A stretch of DNA of 64,000 bases from an uncultured delta proteobacterium (GTDB taxonomy: Bacteria; Myxococcota; UBA727; VGSZ01): contig CAVZJB010000011.1 in assembly GCA_963775425.1 (NCBI GenBank), forward strand, positions 416,001-480,000, given 5' to 3'. The translations under genes and the position numbers were made by a program. Shown piece by piece: positions 29,615-39,682 of this stretch; position 1 is the stretch's first letter, and each line of letters opens with the position of its first letter. Below the pieces are notes generated by a model. The model worked only from the letters and a program-made list of their open reading frames with translations, was not told where the DNA came from and searched no databases.

Positions 29615-32600
29615 CGGGATGCGGTTGCCGTGGCACAGACGGCACGTCGAGGGGTTCGACATGCGGCTCTCCCGGTGCGGGAAGGTCCACTTGGACGTGT
29701 ACGTGGAGCCGGTGGTGACCACCGAGAGGCCCGTGGGCGGGTTGTGGCACTGGTAGCAGTCGACGCCGGCGAAGTGGTTGCCGCAGGCGAAGCCGCCGGG
29801 GCAGTTGTTGCTGTTGACGGTGATGGTGTCGCCGCCCTTGCGGGTCACCAGGCTCGTGATCGTGAAGGGACGGGTGTCGCCTGCGCCGCCGGACGTCGTC
29901 GTCGAGCCGTTCCACACGGTGCCCACGAGGTTGCTGCCGGCTTCGTGGCAGGCCGCGCAGTGGTTGTTCTCGACCGAGCTCGCGTGGTCGTAGCCCTTGG
30001 CCTGCTTGCCCCCCGCCGACGACGCGTGACACGCGGTGCAGGCGTTTGCGCCCGGGTCCGGGTGGGGGAGGTTCGCGACGGCCGCCTCCGTCGTCCCCGC
30101 GCTCGTCGCCGGCGGCGCCGGGACCGTGAAGCCGCCCACGGCGATGAACGCCGGGTAGCCGCCCTCGGCGCCGAGCCAGTTGGGGTTGTTGGCGCTGCCG
30201 GTGCCGGGCCACGAGTGGCAGGCGGAGCAGTCGGTGGAGCCGGACTGGTTGGTGAAGCCGCTGTGGTCGAACGAGAACGACGATCCCGGCTTCACGTTCA
30301 GGTGGCAGTCGCTGCAGCGGGCGGTGGTGCCGTTGGTCAACAGCGGGCTCTGCGCGGTGAAGCTCGTGTGGAACTTCGCCTGCGCCCACTCCTTGCCCTG
30401 GACGCCGCTCACCGTCGAGGGCCCGGACTGCGTGTGGCAGAAGTTGCAGTCGTGCGCGCTGACGTTCAGGTCGGTGTGGATGATCTGGTCCTTGGTGCCG
30501 GCGGCGATGCCCGTGGTGGAGTCGCTCGCCGCCGACGTCGTCGTCGTGGAATTCGTCAGGCCCGTGGGCAGGTTGTTGCGCGTGCCCGCGGTGGCGCCGT
30601 TGCCGTTCTGGGTGCCGTGGCAGACGTTGCACGAGGTGACGTTGGCGGTGACCGCGTGAAACGGCGTGGCCCGGTTGAAGTCGCTCCTGGTGACGTCGGC
30701 GGCGTGACACTGCGCGCAGTCCTTGCCCACCACGAAGCTCGCCCCGTGGTTCATCCATTGCGCGCCGTTGGTGGACGTGCCCCCGAGCGGCAGGGTGTAC
30801 GCCACCGTGCTCTGCGTGGCCGCCGCCGGCGACGAGCCGCTGTGGCAGTCGATGCACGCCGTGGGCTGCGGCGACGCCGACGCGTGGAAGGTCCCTCCCG
30901 ACCAGCGTGACGACGTCAAAGGCGTCTGCGTGGCGCGCCCGAGCGCCGCCGTGTGGCAGGTGCGGCAGTTCTGGAAGGGCATCTGGCCGCTTCTGTGCTT
31001 CATGGCGAACAGCGCGCCGCTCGCCTTGTCCGCGGCGGCGGCGTCGGCCATCAGCGAGTAGTGGCAGGTGGTGCAGTCGGCGGGGACCGCGGCGCCGATG
31101 TTCGCGTGGAATTCGCCGTCCGTCCACGCGCCGCCGGGATCGGTGTGGCACACCGCGCACTCGATCTGCGAGACGTTGTTGACGCTCCTGCCGCCGATGT
31201 TCACCGACGTCGTGAACGTCGCGCTGTGGTCCATGGGCTGGAGCTCACCGGCCGTGCCCTGCACGATGTTCGCCGGGCGCATCTGCGCGTGGCAGTCGAG
31301 GCACGCCGTGGGCTGCGCCAGCGGCGTCACGCCGCTCGTGGGCGTGCTCTGGAAGTTGTCGAACGACGCGTGCAGCAGGCCGTCCGCGAACGACGTCACG
31401 GTGCCGCCGGTGTTCTGGTGGCAGTGGAAGCACTTGGTGGAGTCCGGGTTGGCGGCGGGGCCGGCGTTCAAAGACGAGGGCAGCGCCGCCGACGTGTGCA
31501 GCATGGCGTTCGGCAGCGTCGCCTGCGACGACGACGTCGACGTCACGAAGTTCTTGGCCCCCGAGCGCACCAGGGTGATCTCGTTGAGCGCCACGAACTG
31601 TCCGGGTGACGACACCAGCGTGTCGCCCGGGTACGAGATGCCGCCCTGCCAGTCGCCGCCCGGCAGCGAGCCGGTCGAGGGGCTCAGGAGGTGCCGGTAC
31701 GCGCCCGAGGCCACCGTGGCCGCGTGGCAGCCGATGCAGTCGCCGGTGCCGTCGGTGGCGTGGTCGAAGCCGAGGAGCGCGGCGCTGTTGGCGACGACGC
31801 GGTCGGCGCGCTGCGCGGTGTGGCAGACGATGCACGTCGAGCTCGCCACCGTGCCTGCCGCGTGGGAGAAGTCGCCGCCCGCGAACGTCTGGTTCACGCC
31901 CCACGCCGCGCCGGCGCCGGGCCCGTTGTGGCACAGGACGCAGTCCTGTCCGTCGCCGTGGCCGAGCCCCAGGCTGTTCGTCGTGAAGTCGAACGGCGCG
32001 TCGGCGAACCCGGGATCGGTCCAACCGTTGGTGGACGTCGGGCGCTCACCGTCGTGGCAGGGCAGGCACGTCGACGGCGTGGCGTCGCCGACGTTGTGGA
32101 AGCGGCCGCCGGAGAACGAGGTGTACGAGCCGCCGCCGTGGCAGGTGATGCAGTCGGTCAGGGCCGCCGCGGTGGTGTGATCGAACGTGACACCCGCGGG
32201 CAGCGACGCCGCGCTCGCGTGCGTGAACGTCGTCGCCGGGCGCGAATTGGCGTGGCAGTCGATGCACGACCCGGGCTGCGGCAGCGAGGCAGCGTCGAGC
32301 GAGTCGTGGAACACCGTGGGCGTGTCGCCCGCCGCCCACGTCGTCGCCGGCGACTGCACCGTCGGCGGCACGTGGCAGACGCTGCACTCGACCGGGACGA
32401 GCGCCGTCGTCGTCGGCGCGTCGTTCACCCACGCGACGGCGTCGTGCTTCATCTCGCCCGAGGCGGGGTTGCGCGGCGGATCGGTGGCCGTGGGGCCGAC
32501 GAAGCCGGTGGGCATGGACGTGAAGTGGCACTCCGTGCAGCGCGTGGGCTCGGCGATGAAGAGGTTCTCGAGGGAGGAGTGGAATTCGCCGGGGTAGTAG

Positions 32601-35600
32601 TTGACGGTGTCGCTGTGGCAGTTGGTGCACGTGTTCATCACGGCCACGTCGACCTGCGCGGTCAGGTGGTCCATCGGCATCGGCATGGTCTCGGTGACCG
32701 CCTGCAGGCTCTCGATGGAGGTGACGGTGTACGTGGGGATCTGCGCGTTCACGTCGATGGAGCGCAGCGGGTCGTTGACGAGGTTGGCGGGGAGCAACCC
32801 GTCTTCGCCATGGCACAAGGTGCACGTGGCGGGGTTGTTCATGCGGCTCTCGTCGTGGTCGAAGTCCCAGGCCGCCGCGTACGCCGCGCCCGTCGTGGTG
32901 GTCGCGATGCTCCCGGCCGCGGGGGTGACGTGGCACGCGGTGCAGTCGGTGCCGTAGAAGTGGTTGACGACGTCCACCGTCAACGACTGTCCGGGGTACG
33001 CCGGCGTCGTGATGGTCATCGTCGCCACCGTGAACGGCCGCGTGTCTCCGGCGCCGGAGGCGAGGTCCGTGGCGTTGTTCCACGGGGTGCCGACCAGGTC
33101 GCTCCCCGACTCGTGGCAGCTCCCGCAGTGCGTCTGGATGAGCGACGAGGCGTGGTCGTAGGCGACGGCGTTCCTGCCGCCGGTGGCGTTCGCGCCGTGG
33201 CAGGTCTCGCACGAGGTCCCCGTGGGCACCGTCGGGTGCGGCAGGTTGGCGATGCCGGGCTCGATGGTGGTGGCGTTGTCCGCGGGCGGCTGCGGCACGA
33301 GGAAGCCGCCGACGCTGATGAGCTGCGGGAAGCCGCCCTCGGCGCCGAGCCAGTTGGGCGCCGACGGCGTGCCGGTGCCCGGCCACGAGTGGCACGAGGC
33401 GCAGTCCTGCGTGCCGGCCTGGTCGGTGAACGCGGTGTGGTCGACGACGTAGCCGGGGCCGGGCTTCACGTTGACGTGGCAGTGGCTGCAGCGCCCGCCG
33501 CTGCTGTTGAGGATGAGCGGGCTGCTCGCGGTGAAGCGATCGTGGAACGTGGCCTGCGCCCACTCCTTGCCCTGCGCGGCGCCCGACGGCGCGGGGCCCG
33601 CCTGCGTGTGGCAGAAGTTGCAGTCGTGGGCGCCGACGTTGGCGTCGCCGTGATCGATCTGATCGCGCGTGCCCGGCGCCACGCCGGTGGAGGCGTCGTC
33701 GGAGGCCGTGGACACCGCGGTGGTGTCGACGACGCCGGCGGGCATGTTGTTCCCCGCGCCGGGCGCGCTGCCGACGCCGTGACACTCCTTGCACGACGTC
33801 ACGCCGACCGACACCGACGCGTGGAACGGCGTCGACGTCGAAAACGCAGCCGGCGACGGCACCGCGTCCGCCGCATGGCAGCTCGCGCAGTCCTGCCCCG
33901 CCACGTAACGAGCCGTGTGGCTCATCCACTGCGCGCCGTTGTCCGCGGTGCCGCCCTGCGCGAGCACATAGCTCACGCCGCTCTGGGTGAGCGCGGACGG
34001 CTCGCCCGCGCCGTGGCACTCCTCGCACGTCGACGGCTGCGAGGCGGCGCCGGTGTCGAGCCCCGCGTGAAGGGCGCCCCCGGACCACCGCGCCGCCGTG
34101 GCCGGCGCCTGCGCGGCGTTGCCGAGCGCGGCGGCGTGGCAGGTCTGGCAGTTCTGGAACGGGATCTCCGCCGACGCGTGGTGCATGGCGTAGTCGGTGC
34201 CGGAGGCGACGTCGGCCTGCGCGGTGTTCGCGACGGTCGGGTAGTGGCAGAGGGTGCAGTCGGCGGGGACGGCGGCGCCGATGTTCCTGTGGAAGGCGCC
34301 GTCGGCCCACGTGTCGCCCGGGCTCGCGTGGCAGGTGCTGCAGTCGATCTGCGAGACGTTCGAGACGCTCACGCCGCCGATGTTCACGGGGCTCGTGAAC
34401 GCCACCGAGTGATCCATGGGGATGAGGTCGGAGCCGGCGTGCTCGACGATGTGATCGGGCGACCTGTGACAGTCCGCGCAGTGGCTCGTCGGCTGCGGCA
34501 GCGGCGTCACCGCGCCGCCCGGCGTGGCCGTGAACGCGTCGAGCGCCGGGTGGTACTGGCCGTTCACCAGCGACGTGACCGTGCCGTTCGTGTTGGTGTG
34601 GCAGTGGAAGCAGACGCCCTCGTCGGGGTTGGTGGGGCTGCCCGGGTCGAGCGCTGCGGGGAGCGCCGCCGACGTGTGCAGCATCTGGTTGTAGATCGTG
34701 GCCGTGATGGACGTGGTGCTCGTGACCAGGTTGTTGGGTCCCGAGCGCACGAGGCTGATCTCGCTGACCGTGAAGAACTGGTCGAGCCCGCCGATGGGCA
34801 CGTCGCCGGGGTACGTGACGCCGCCGGACCAGTCGCCGCCGGGCAATTCGCCGGTCGACGGGTCGAAGTAGTTGTCGAAGCGCGCGGTGGTGACGCTCGC
34901 CTGGTGGCAGCCAAAGCAGTCGCCCGTGCCGTCGTTTTGATGGTCGAAGCCGAGGAGGGCCGCCGCGTTGCCGACGCCGATGACGAGGTCGGGGCGCTGC
35001 GTGCTGTGGCAGGCGATGCAGGACTGGTCGACGGCGGTGCCGGGGGCGTGGGGGTAGTCGCCGCCCTGCCAGTTCTGGTCGACGCCGAAGGTGCCCGAGC
35101 CGGGGCCCGCGTGGCAGAGCACGCAGTCCTGGCCGGCGCCGTGGGTGGCGGCGGCGTTGCCGGTGAAGTCGAAGGGCCGGTCGCGGAAGCCGGTGTCGGC
35201 CCACGCCGCCGTCGACGTCGGCCGCTCGCCCTCGTGGCAGGGAAGGCACGACGACGGCACCGCGTCGCCCGCGTGGTGGAACCGGCCGTCGGCGAACGAC
35301 GTGTGTGAATCGCCGGCGTGGCACGCGGCGCAGTCGCCGCGCGCGGCGGGCGCGGCGTGATCGAAGACGACGCCTGGCGGCAACGACGCGTTCTGCGCCG
35401 TGAACGTCGTCGAGGGGCGCGAGTTGGCGTGGCAGTCGATGCAGGAGTCGGGCTGGGGGACGGCGGCGGCGTCGAGCGAATCGTGGAACACCGGCGGGCC
35501 GTTGGCGGTGGCCCACGTGGCCGCCAGCGTCTGCGACGGCGGCGTATGGCACAGGCCGCACTCGGTGGGGACGAGGCCTGACGCGGTGGGCGCGTCGGCG

Positions 35601-36487
35601 AGCCAGGCCACCGCGTCGTGCTTCATCTCACCCGAAGCCGGATCGCGCGGCGGGTCGACGGCGAGGGGCCCGACGAAGCCGGTGGGCATCGACGTGAGGT
35701 GGCACTCGGCGCACTGCGTGGGCTGCGGCTTGAACAGCGTGCCGAGCGACGAGTGGAGCCTGCCCGGGTAGTACGTGGCGGTCTCGGCGTGGCACGCGGT
35801 GCAGTCGAGCATGGTCTCGGCGTCGATCTGCGACGTCGCGTGCTGCATCGGCATCGGCAACGTCTCCACCGTGGGGGTGACGGCCGCGATGGACGTGCCG
35901 GCGTAGCGGGGCAGGAGCGCGTCGACGTCGACGTCCGCGAGCGGATCGGACGCGAGACCCGGCGGGAAGGCGCCGACCTCGGTCCAGTCGGTGGTGGAGA
36001 AGTGGCAGGCGCCGCAGTCGGCGCTGCCGCGGTCGGGGTGCGTGAAGCCCGCGATGGGCAGCGCGGCGAACGCGGCGCCCTCGTCGTGGCAGGTGGCGCA
36101 TTGGTTCTGGCCGCTCGCGTGATCGAAGATCGGCCGCTGCACGCCGCGCGCGTGGCACGCGTAGCAGTCCACGCTCTCGTACGCGTAGTCGCTGACGGTC
36201 TCGTGCAGGAGGTTCGTGGCGACGGGCTCGTGCTCGTGGCACGAGACGCAGTTGAACTCCTGGAAGGTGTCGCTGTTCGTGTGGCACTGCGCGCAGTCGA
36301 CGGCGTGCGGCCCGCTGTCGATGGGGAAGTACGACTTCGAGTGCTCGGCGATGGTGAGCCCGGCGAACACGGGTTTGCCCGGGTCGGTCGGGCAGCCCGC
36401 GGCGAGCGCGGTGATCGCGAGCGCGGCGAGCGCCGGCAGGAACCCGGCCCGCGTGATCTCCCGTTCATGGATTCCGGCCTTGCGCAT
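29609..36487 (-). CDS. Giant multiheme c-type cytochrome lipoprotein (53 CxxCH; 5 + 24 + 24 architecture)
   Basis: Signal peptide ending LAAGC; 53 CxxCH motifs counted by hand; ~1050-aa internal duplication (e.g. TSMPTGFVGP..DPPR.PASGEMKHDAVAW occurs twice). Confidence 0.9.
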   Translation of the reverse strand: MRKAGIHEREITRAGFLPALAALAITALAAGCPTDPGKPVFAGLTIAEHSKSYFPIDSGPHAVDCAQCHTNSDTFQEFNCVSCHEHEPVATNLLHETVSDYAYESVDCYACHARGVQRPIFDHASGQNQCATCHDEGAAFAALPIAGFTHPDRGSADCGACHFSTTDWTEVGAFPPGLASDPLADVDVDALLPRYAGTSIAAVTPTVETLPMPMQHATSQIDAETMLDCTACHAETATYYPGRLHSSLGTLFKPQPTQCAECHLTSMPTGFVGPLAVDPPRDPASGEMKHDAVAWLADAPTASGLVPTECGLCHTPPSQTLAATWATANGPPVFHDSLDAAAVPQPDSCIDCHANSRPSTTFTAQNASLPPGVVFDHAAPAARGDCAACHAGDSHTSFADGRFHHAGDAVPSSCLPCHEGERPTSTAAWADTGFRDRPFDFTGNAAATHGAGQDCVLCHAGPGSGTFGVDQNWQGGDYPHAPGTAVDQSCIACHSTQRPDLVIGVGNAAALLGFDHQNDGTGDCFGCHQASVTTARFDNYFDPSTGELPGGDWSGGVTYPGDVPIGGLDQFFTVSEISLVRSGPNNLVTSTTSITATIYNQMLHTSAALPAALDPGSPTNPDEGVCFHCHTNTNGTVTSLVNGQYHPALDAFTATPGGAVTPLPQPTSHCADCHRSPDHIVEHAGSDLIPMDHSVAFTSPVNIGGVSVSNVSQIDCSTCHASPGDTWADGAFHRNIGAAVPADCTLCHYPTVANTAQADVASGTDYAMHHASAEIPFQNCQTCHAAALGNAAQAPATAARWSGGALHAGLDTGAASQPSTCEECHGAGEPSALTQSGVSYVLAQGGTADNGAQWMSHTARYVAGQDCASCHAADAVPSPAAFSTSTPFHASVSVGVTSCKECHGVGSAPGAGNNMPAGVVDTTAVSTASDDASTGVAPGTRDQIDHGDANVGAHDCNFCHTQAGPAPSGAAQGKEWAQATFHDRFTASSPLILNSSGGRCSHCHVNVKPGPGYVVDHTAFTDQAGTQDCASCHSWPGTGTPSAPNWLGAEGGFPQLISVGGFLVPQPPADNATTIEPGIANLPHPTVPTGTSCETCHGANATGGRNAVAYDHASSLIQTHCGSCHESGSDLVGTPWNNATDLASGAGDTRPFTVATMTITTPAYPGQSLTVDVVNHFYGTDCTACHVTPAAGSIATTTTGAAYAAAWDFDHDESRMNNPATCTLCHGEDGLLPANLVNDPLRSIDVNAQIPTYTVTSIESLQAVTETMPMPMDHLTAQVDVAVMNTCTNCHSDTVNYYPGEFHSSLENLFIAEPTRCTECHFTSMPTGFVGPTATDPPRNPASGEMKHDAVAWVNDAPTTTALVPVECSVCHVPPTVQSPATTWAAGDTPTVFHDSLDAASLPQPGSCIDCHANSRPATTFTHASAASLPAGVTFDHTTAAALTDCITCHGGGSYTSFSGGRFHNVGDATPSTCLPCHDGERPTSTNGWTDPGFADAPFDFTTNSLGLGHGDGQDCVLCHNGPGAGAAWGVNQTFAGGDFSHAAGTVASSTCIVCHTAQRADRVVANSAALLGFDHATDGTGDCIGCHAATVASGAYRHLLSPSTGSLPGGDWQGGISYPGDTLVSSPGQFVALNEITLVRSGAKNFVTSTSSSQATLPNAMLHTSAALPSSLNAGPAANPDSTKCFHCHQNTGGTVTSFADGLLHASFDNFQSTPTSGVTPLAQPTACLDCHAQMRPANIVQGTAGELQPMDHSATFTTSVNIGGRSVNNVSQIECAVCHTDPGGAWTDGEFHANIGAAVPADCTTCHYSLMADAAAADKASGALFAMKHRSGQMPFQNCRTCHTAALGRATQTPLTSSRWSGGTFHASASPQPTACIDCHSGSSPAAATQSTVAYTLPLGGTSTNGAQWMNHGASFVVGKDCAQCHAADVTRSDFNRATPFHAVTANVTSCNVCHGTQNGNGATAGTRNNLPTGLTNSTTTTSAASDSTTGIAAGTKDQIIHTDLNVSAHDCNFCHTQSGPSTVSGVQGKEWAQAKFHTSFTAQSPLLTNGTTARCSDCHLNVKPGSSFSFDHSGFTNQSGSTDCSACHSWPGTGSANNPNWLGAEGGYPAFIAVGGFTVPAPPATSAGTTEAAVANLPHPDPGANACTACHASSAGGKQAKGYDHASSVENNHCAACHEAGSNLVGTVWNGSTTTSGGAGDTRPFTITSLVTRKGGDTITVNSNNCPGGFACGNHFAGVDCYQCHNPPTGLSVVTTGSTYTSKWTFPHRESRMSNPSTCRLCHGNRIPN

Positions 36488-36612
36488 CGTCCGCTCACCG
36501 TATGCGAGGACCGCGCCGCGTCACCATCATTCGCTGCGCACGAGACACAATTCGACGTCGTGACGTGCGCCGGGTGGGCGCGCCCGCGTGCGCGCACACC
36601 CCCCGCACACCC

Positions 36613-37474
36613 TCACTCGGCGACCTTCTTCTCGCCTGCCGCGATGCGCACCGGCAAGGTGTTCTCCGGACGCGGCAGGGGACAGGTGGCGAACGGCGTG
36701 AACGCGCAGGGCGGGTTGTAGGCGCGGTTGAAGTCGAGCGTGACCTTCCCGTTGCGGGGTGCGTCGGCGGAGAGGAAGCGCCCGGCACCGTGGGTCTCCG
36801 CCGGCGCCGTGGCGTCCTTGAACACGAAGAACAGCGCGCCGTCCTCGTCGACGGGCTCGAGCGTGACGGCGTGGCCGTCCACGGAGAAGTGCGCGCGCCC
36901 CGTGGCGAAGGCCTCCTGCGCCGGGCCGTGCGCGCTCGGGATCATGAGGCGCAACTTGTCGGCGCGTCGCCTCGATGACCCAGCGCTCGTCGACGGGGAA
37001 CGCGTCGATGCCGGGGAACTTCGTGCGGCGCTCGCTCCGTGCGTCCCACTCGCGGATCGCGAGCTGCCCGGTGCGCTCGATGAGCGCGACGGTCTTGTCG
37101 CCGAGGTGGAGCGTGTCCGGATGGCCGCTCGCGTCGCTGTGGAGGACCACCTCGCCGACGGGCTTGCCGTCTTCGGTGTAGCCGTCGCTCTCGCGCGCCG
37201 CGAGCGTCACCTGCGGCGCGCCGTCGACGGTGGCGAGCGTGAGCACGCCGGGCAGGCCGGGGACGGCGTTGTCGCCCGGGCGCAGCCATTGCAGCGCCAC
37301 CAGCGCGAGCCATCCGTCCGGCTCCTTCAACCGCTCGATGCGCTCGTCGTGCCACTTCTGCCACGCGGCGACGAACGGCGCGGCCGCGCGCGGCGCCGCG
37401 GGAGGGGCGTCCTTGTGGCACGCGCCCGAGAGCGCGACGGCGGTGACGACGGCGAGGGGGACGACGGCGCGCAC
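36613..37474 (-). pseudogene. DUF1684-family lipoprotein, frameshifted near 36955-36970
   Basis: N-half (ALSGAC; ERLKEPDGWLALVALQWL; FPVDERWVIEA) and C-half (FFVFKDAT..ETHGAGRFL..LDFNRAYNPPCAFTPFATCPLP..N.L.V.I.AGEK) are in different frames. Confidence 0.75.
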
Positions 37475-37487
37475 GACGGCAGCCCGC

Positions 37488-38288
37488 TCACGCGGAGCGG
37501 CGTCCGCCCTGGCGGCGCTCGACGTCGACCTTGGACTGGTGCCCGAGGAACTCGGTCTCGAGCTCCTGCGTGGACTGCCGCGTGCGCTCGGCGAGGTCGC
37601 CGATCTCGCGCGCGACGACGGCGAAGCCGCGACCGTGCTCGCCGGCCTGCGCGGACAGGATGGACGCGTTGAGCGCGAGCAGGTGGATGCGCTTGGCGAT
37701 GCTGCGGATGATCTTCAAGAAGTCGCTGACCGCGCGCTGGCGCTCGCTCTGGATCTGATCGGCGAGCGCGATGATCTCGGCCTCGATGGACGACAGGCCG
37801 AGGAGCGCCGCGTTGCCCTCGCTCGCGGGGACGCCGCACAGGATGACGGCGACCGGGTCGCCGCCGACGAGGACGGGCTTGGCGTTCACGAGGAACCTGC
37901 GCTCACCGAGGTCCGCGCTGCCGCCGAACGTCTCGCCGCGCATGAGGCAGACCGTGGCCACCTCGCGCGGGAGCGGCACCGAGGCCAGGTCGCCGGCGAA
38001 GGAGGCGCTGGCGGCGACCGCCTTCTCCTGGAGGAAGAGCAGGGCCATCAGCCCCGCGCTGTCCGCGGAGAGGTTCAACAGCTCGCGGCCGATGGGCCCC
38101 GACAGCGAGCGCCCTCCCACGGCGAGGCCTCGGTCGTCATGGACGAGGCTGCCCTCGCGTCGAAGGAGCGCGAGGAAGAGGTCGCAGGTGCGGTCGGCGC
38201 GCTCGACGACCTGATCGCGCGCGAAGGCCTCGAGGCGGGCGGTGAGATGCTCATGGAGCTGAACGTCGGGCACGGCGGAAGAATACAC
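37488..38288 (-). CDS. Short soluble methyl-accepting chemotaxis-like protein
   Basis: [36 protein letters not shown] hairpin tip; no TM helices; Cache-like N-terminal part. Confidence 0.75.
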   Translation of the reverse strand: MYSSAVPDVQLHEHLTARLEAFARDQVVERADRTCDLFLALLRREGSLVHDDRGLAVGGRSLSGPIGRELLNLSADSAGLMALLFLQEKAVAASASFAGDLASVPLPREVATVCLMRGETFGGSADLGERRFLVNAKPVLVGGDPVAVILCGVPASEGNAALLGLSSIEAEIIALADQIQSERQRAVSDFLKIIRSIAKRIHLLALNASILSAQAGEHGRGFAVVAREIGDLAERTRQSTQELETEFLGHQSKVDVERRQGGRRSA

Positions 38289-38348
38289 CGATGTAGGGTG
38301 GGGTGGGGTCGGGCGAAGCGATCAAAGACAGCGAGGCACGGAGAGCCG

Positions 38349-39632
38349 ATGATCCTCGATGTGCGGTCCCTCGCCCTCGCCCTGATCCTGTCCGCGCTCC
38401 TCGGGGGCTGCCAGCTCTTCTTCGGCGTGACCCCGTGTCGCCACAACGAGCCGTGCCCGGGCGGCGAGGTCTGCGACACCGGCGCGGGCATCTGTCGCTC
38501 CATCAGCGCGCTCCCGCCCGACGCCGGCGATCCTGGCGAAGGCGAAGGCGACCCGGGCGAAGGCGAAGGGGAGGGCGAAGGAGAAGGGGAAGGCGAAGGC
38601 GAAGGCGAAGGGGAGGGAGAGGGCGAAGGAGAAGGCGAAGGCGAAGGCGAGGGAGACATCACGCCGGTCATCCCCGCGGTCTGCGGCAACAACGTCGTCG
38701 AGCCCCCCGAGGAGTGCGACGACGGCAACCGCACGAGCGGCGACGGCTGCTCCTCCACCTGCCACACCGACACCAGCGTCACCGAGCAGGAGCTCAACGA
38801 CGAGCCGCAGGGACAGCAGGTCACCGTGGCGAGGACGCAGTTCGACATGCTCGGGCAGGTGGAGATGTTCTTCGACTCCAACGCCAACCAGAACGTGTCC
38901 GAGTACGACGGCTTCTGGCTCACGTTGAACAACCCGGCCGTGGTGCGCCTCGAGACCTTCGACCAAAACAACGCCGACGACTGCACCGGCGCCGCCGCCC
39001 ACTGCCTCGCCCTGTACGACAGCTCCGTCGACGGCGCCAACAGCCAGGCGCAGTTCGACGCGGCGTGGCTCCGGGGCGCGGCGCAAAACGGCGTCGGCAA
39101 CTGCGCGGGGATGACGGAGAACCTCGCCGCCGGCGACTACTGGGTCGAGATCACCGAGTGCGACTTCGACCAGCCGATCCCGAGCTACCGGGAACAGATC
39201 GCCGCGCTCGCCGATCGCGGGCCGGAGCACGAGCCCGACAACGACCGCGCCCACGCCGACCGCTCCGCCGCCGACGGCCGCGACGTGTCGATGTCGGGCA
39301 GCATCGGCAGCGCCGACGATGTCGACGTGTACGCCGTCGACGTGCCCCCCGGCCTCGGCCTGCGCGCCGAGGTGGTGCCGGTGACCTCGAAGAGCGAGTG
39401 CGACGCGTTCAACGCGCGCCTCGCCGTCCTGGACGCGAGCGGCACCGAGGTGGCGAGCCACGGCTCGGCGCTGTACGCGTGCGCCTCCGGCGACGGCACC
39501 GGCGCGGCGCCGCGCGACCCCTCGCTGCACAACGGGACACAGACGGCGCAGACGTTCTACGTCGCGGTCGCCAAAGGCTCGTCGGGCTTCACCGGCGCGC
39601 TGCCGTACCGCATCGCGTTCACGGTTCGCTGA
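38349..39632 (+). CDS. Lipoprotein with (GE)n linker, myxobacterial Cys-rich repeat and two PPC-like beta-sandwich domains
   Basis: LLGGC lipobox; long GE run; CGNNVVEPPEECDDGNRTSGDGCSSTC; EQELND, EHEPDND...GSIGSADDVDVYAV. Confidence 0.8.
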   Translation: MILDVRSLALALILSALLGGCQLFFGVTPCRHNEPCPGGEVCDTGAGICRSISALPPDAGDPGEGEGDPGEGEGEGEGEGEGEGEGEGEGEGEGEGEGEGEGDITPVIPAVCGNNVVEPPEECDDGNRTSGDGCSSTCHTDTSVTEQELNDEPQGQQVTVARTQFDMLGQVEMFFDSNANQNVSEYDGFWLTLNNPAVVRLETFDQNNADDCTGAAAHCLALYDSSVDGANSQAQFDAAWLRGAAQNGVGNCAGMTENLAAGDYWVEITECDFDQPIPSYREQIAALADRGPEHEPDNDRAHADRSAADGRDVSMSGSIGSADDVDVYAVDVPPGLGLRAEVVPVTSKSECDAFNARLAVLDASGTEVASHGSALYACASGDGTGAAPRDPSLHNGTQTAQTFYVAVAKGSSGFTGALPYRIAFTVR

Positions 39633-39682
39633 CTCAGCGACCGGAGGAGCGGCCGCTCGGATCGGCGACCGGACGGACCTCG

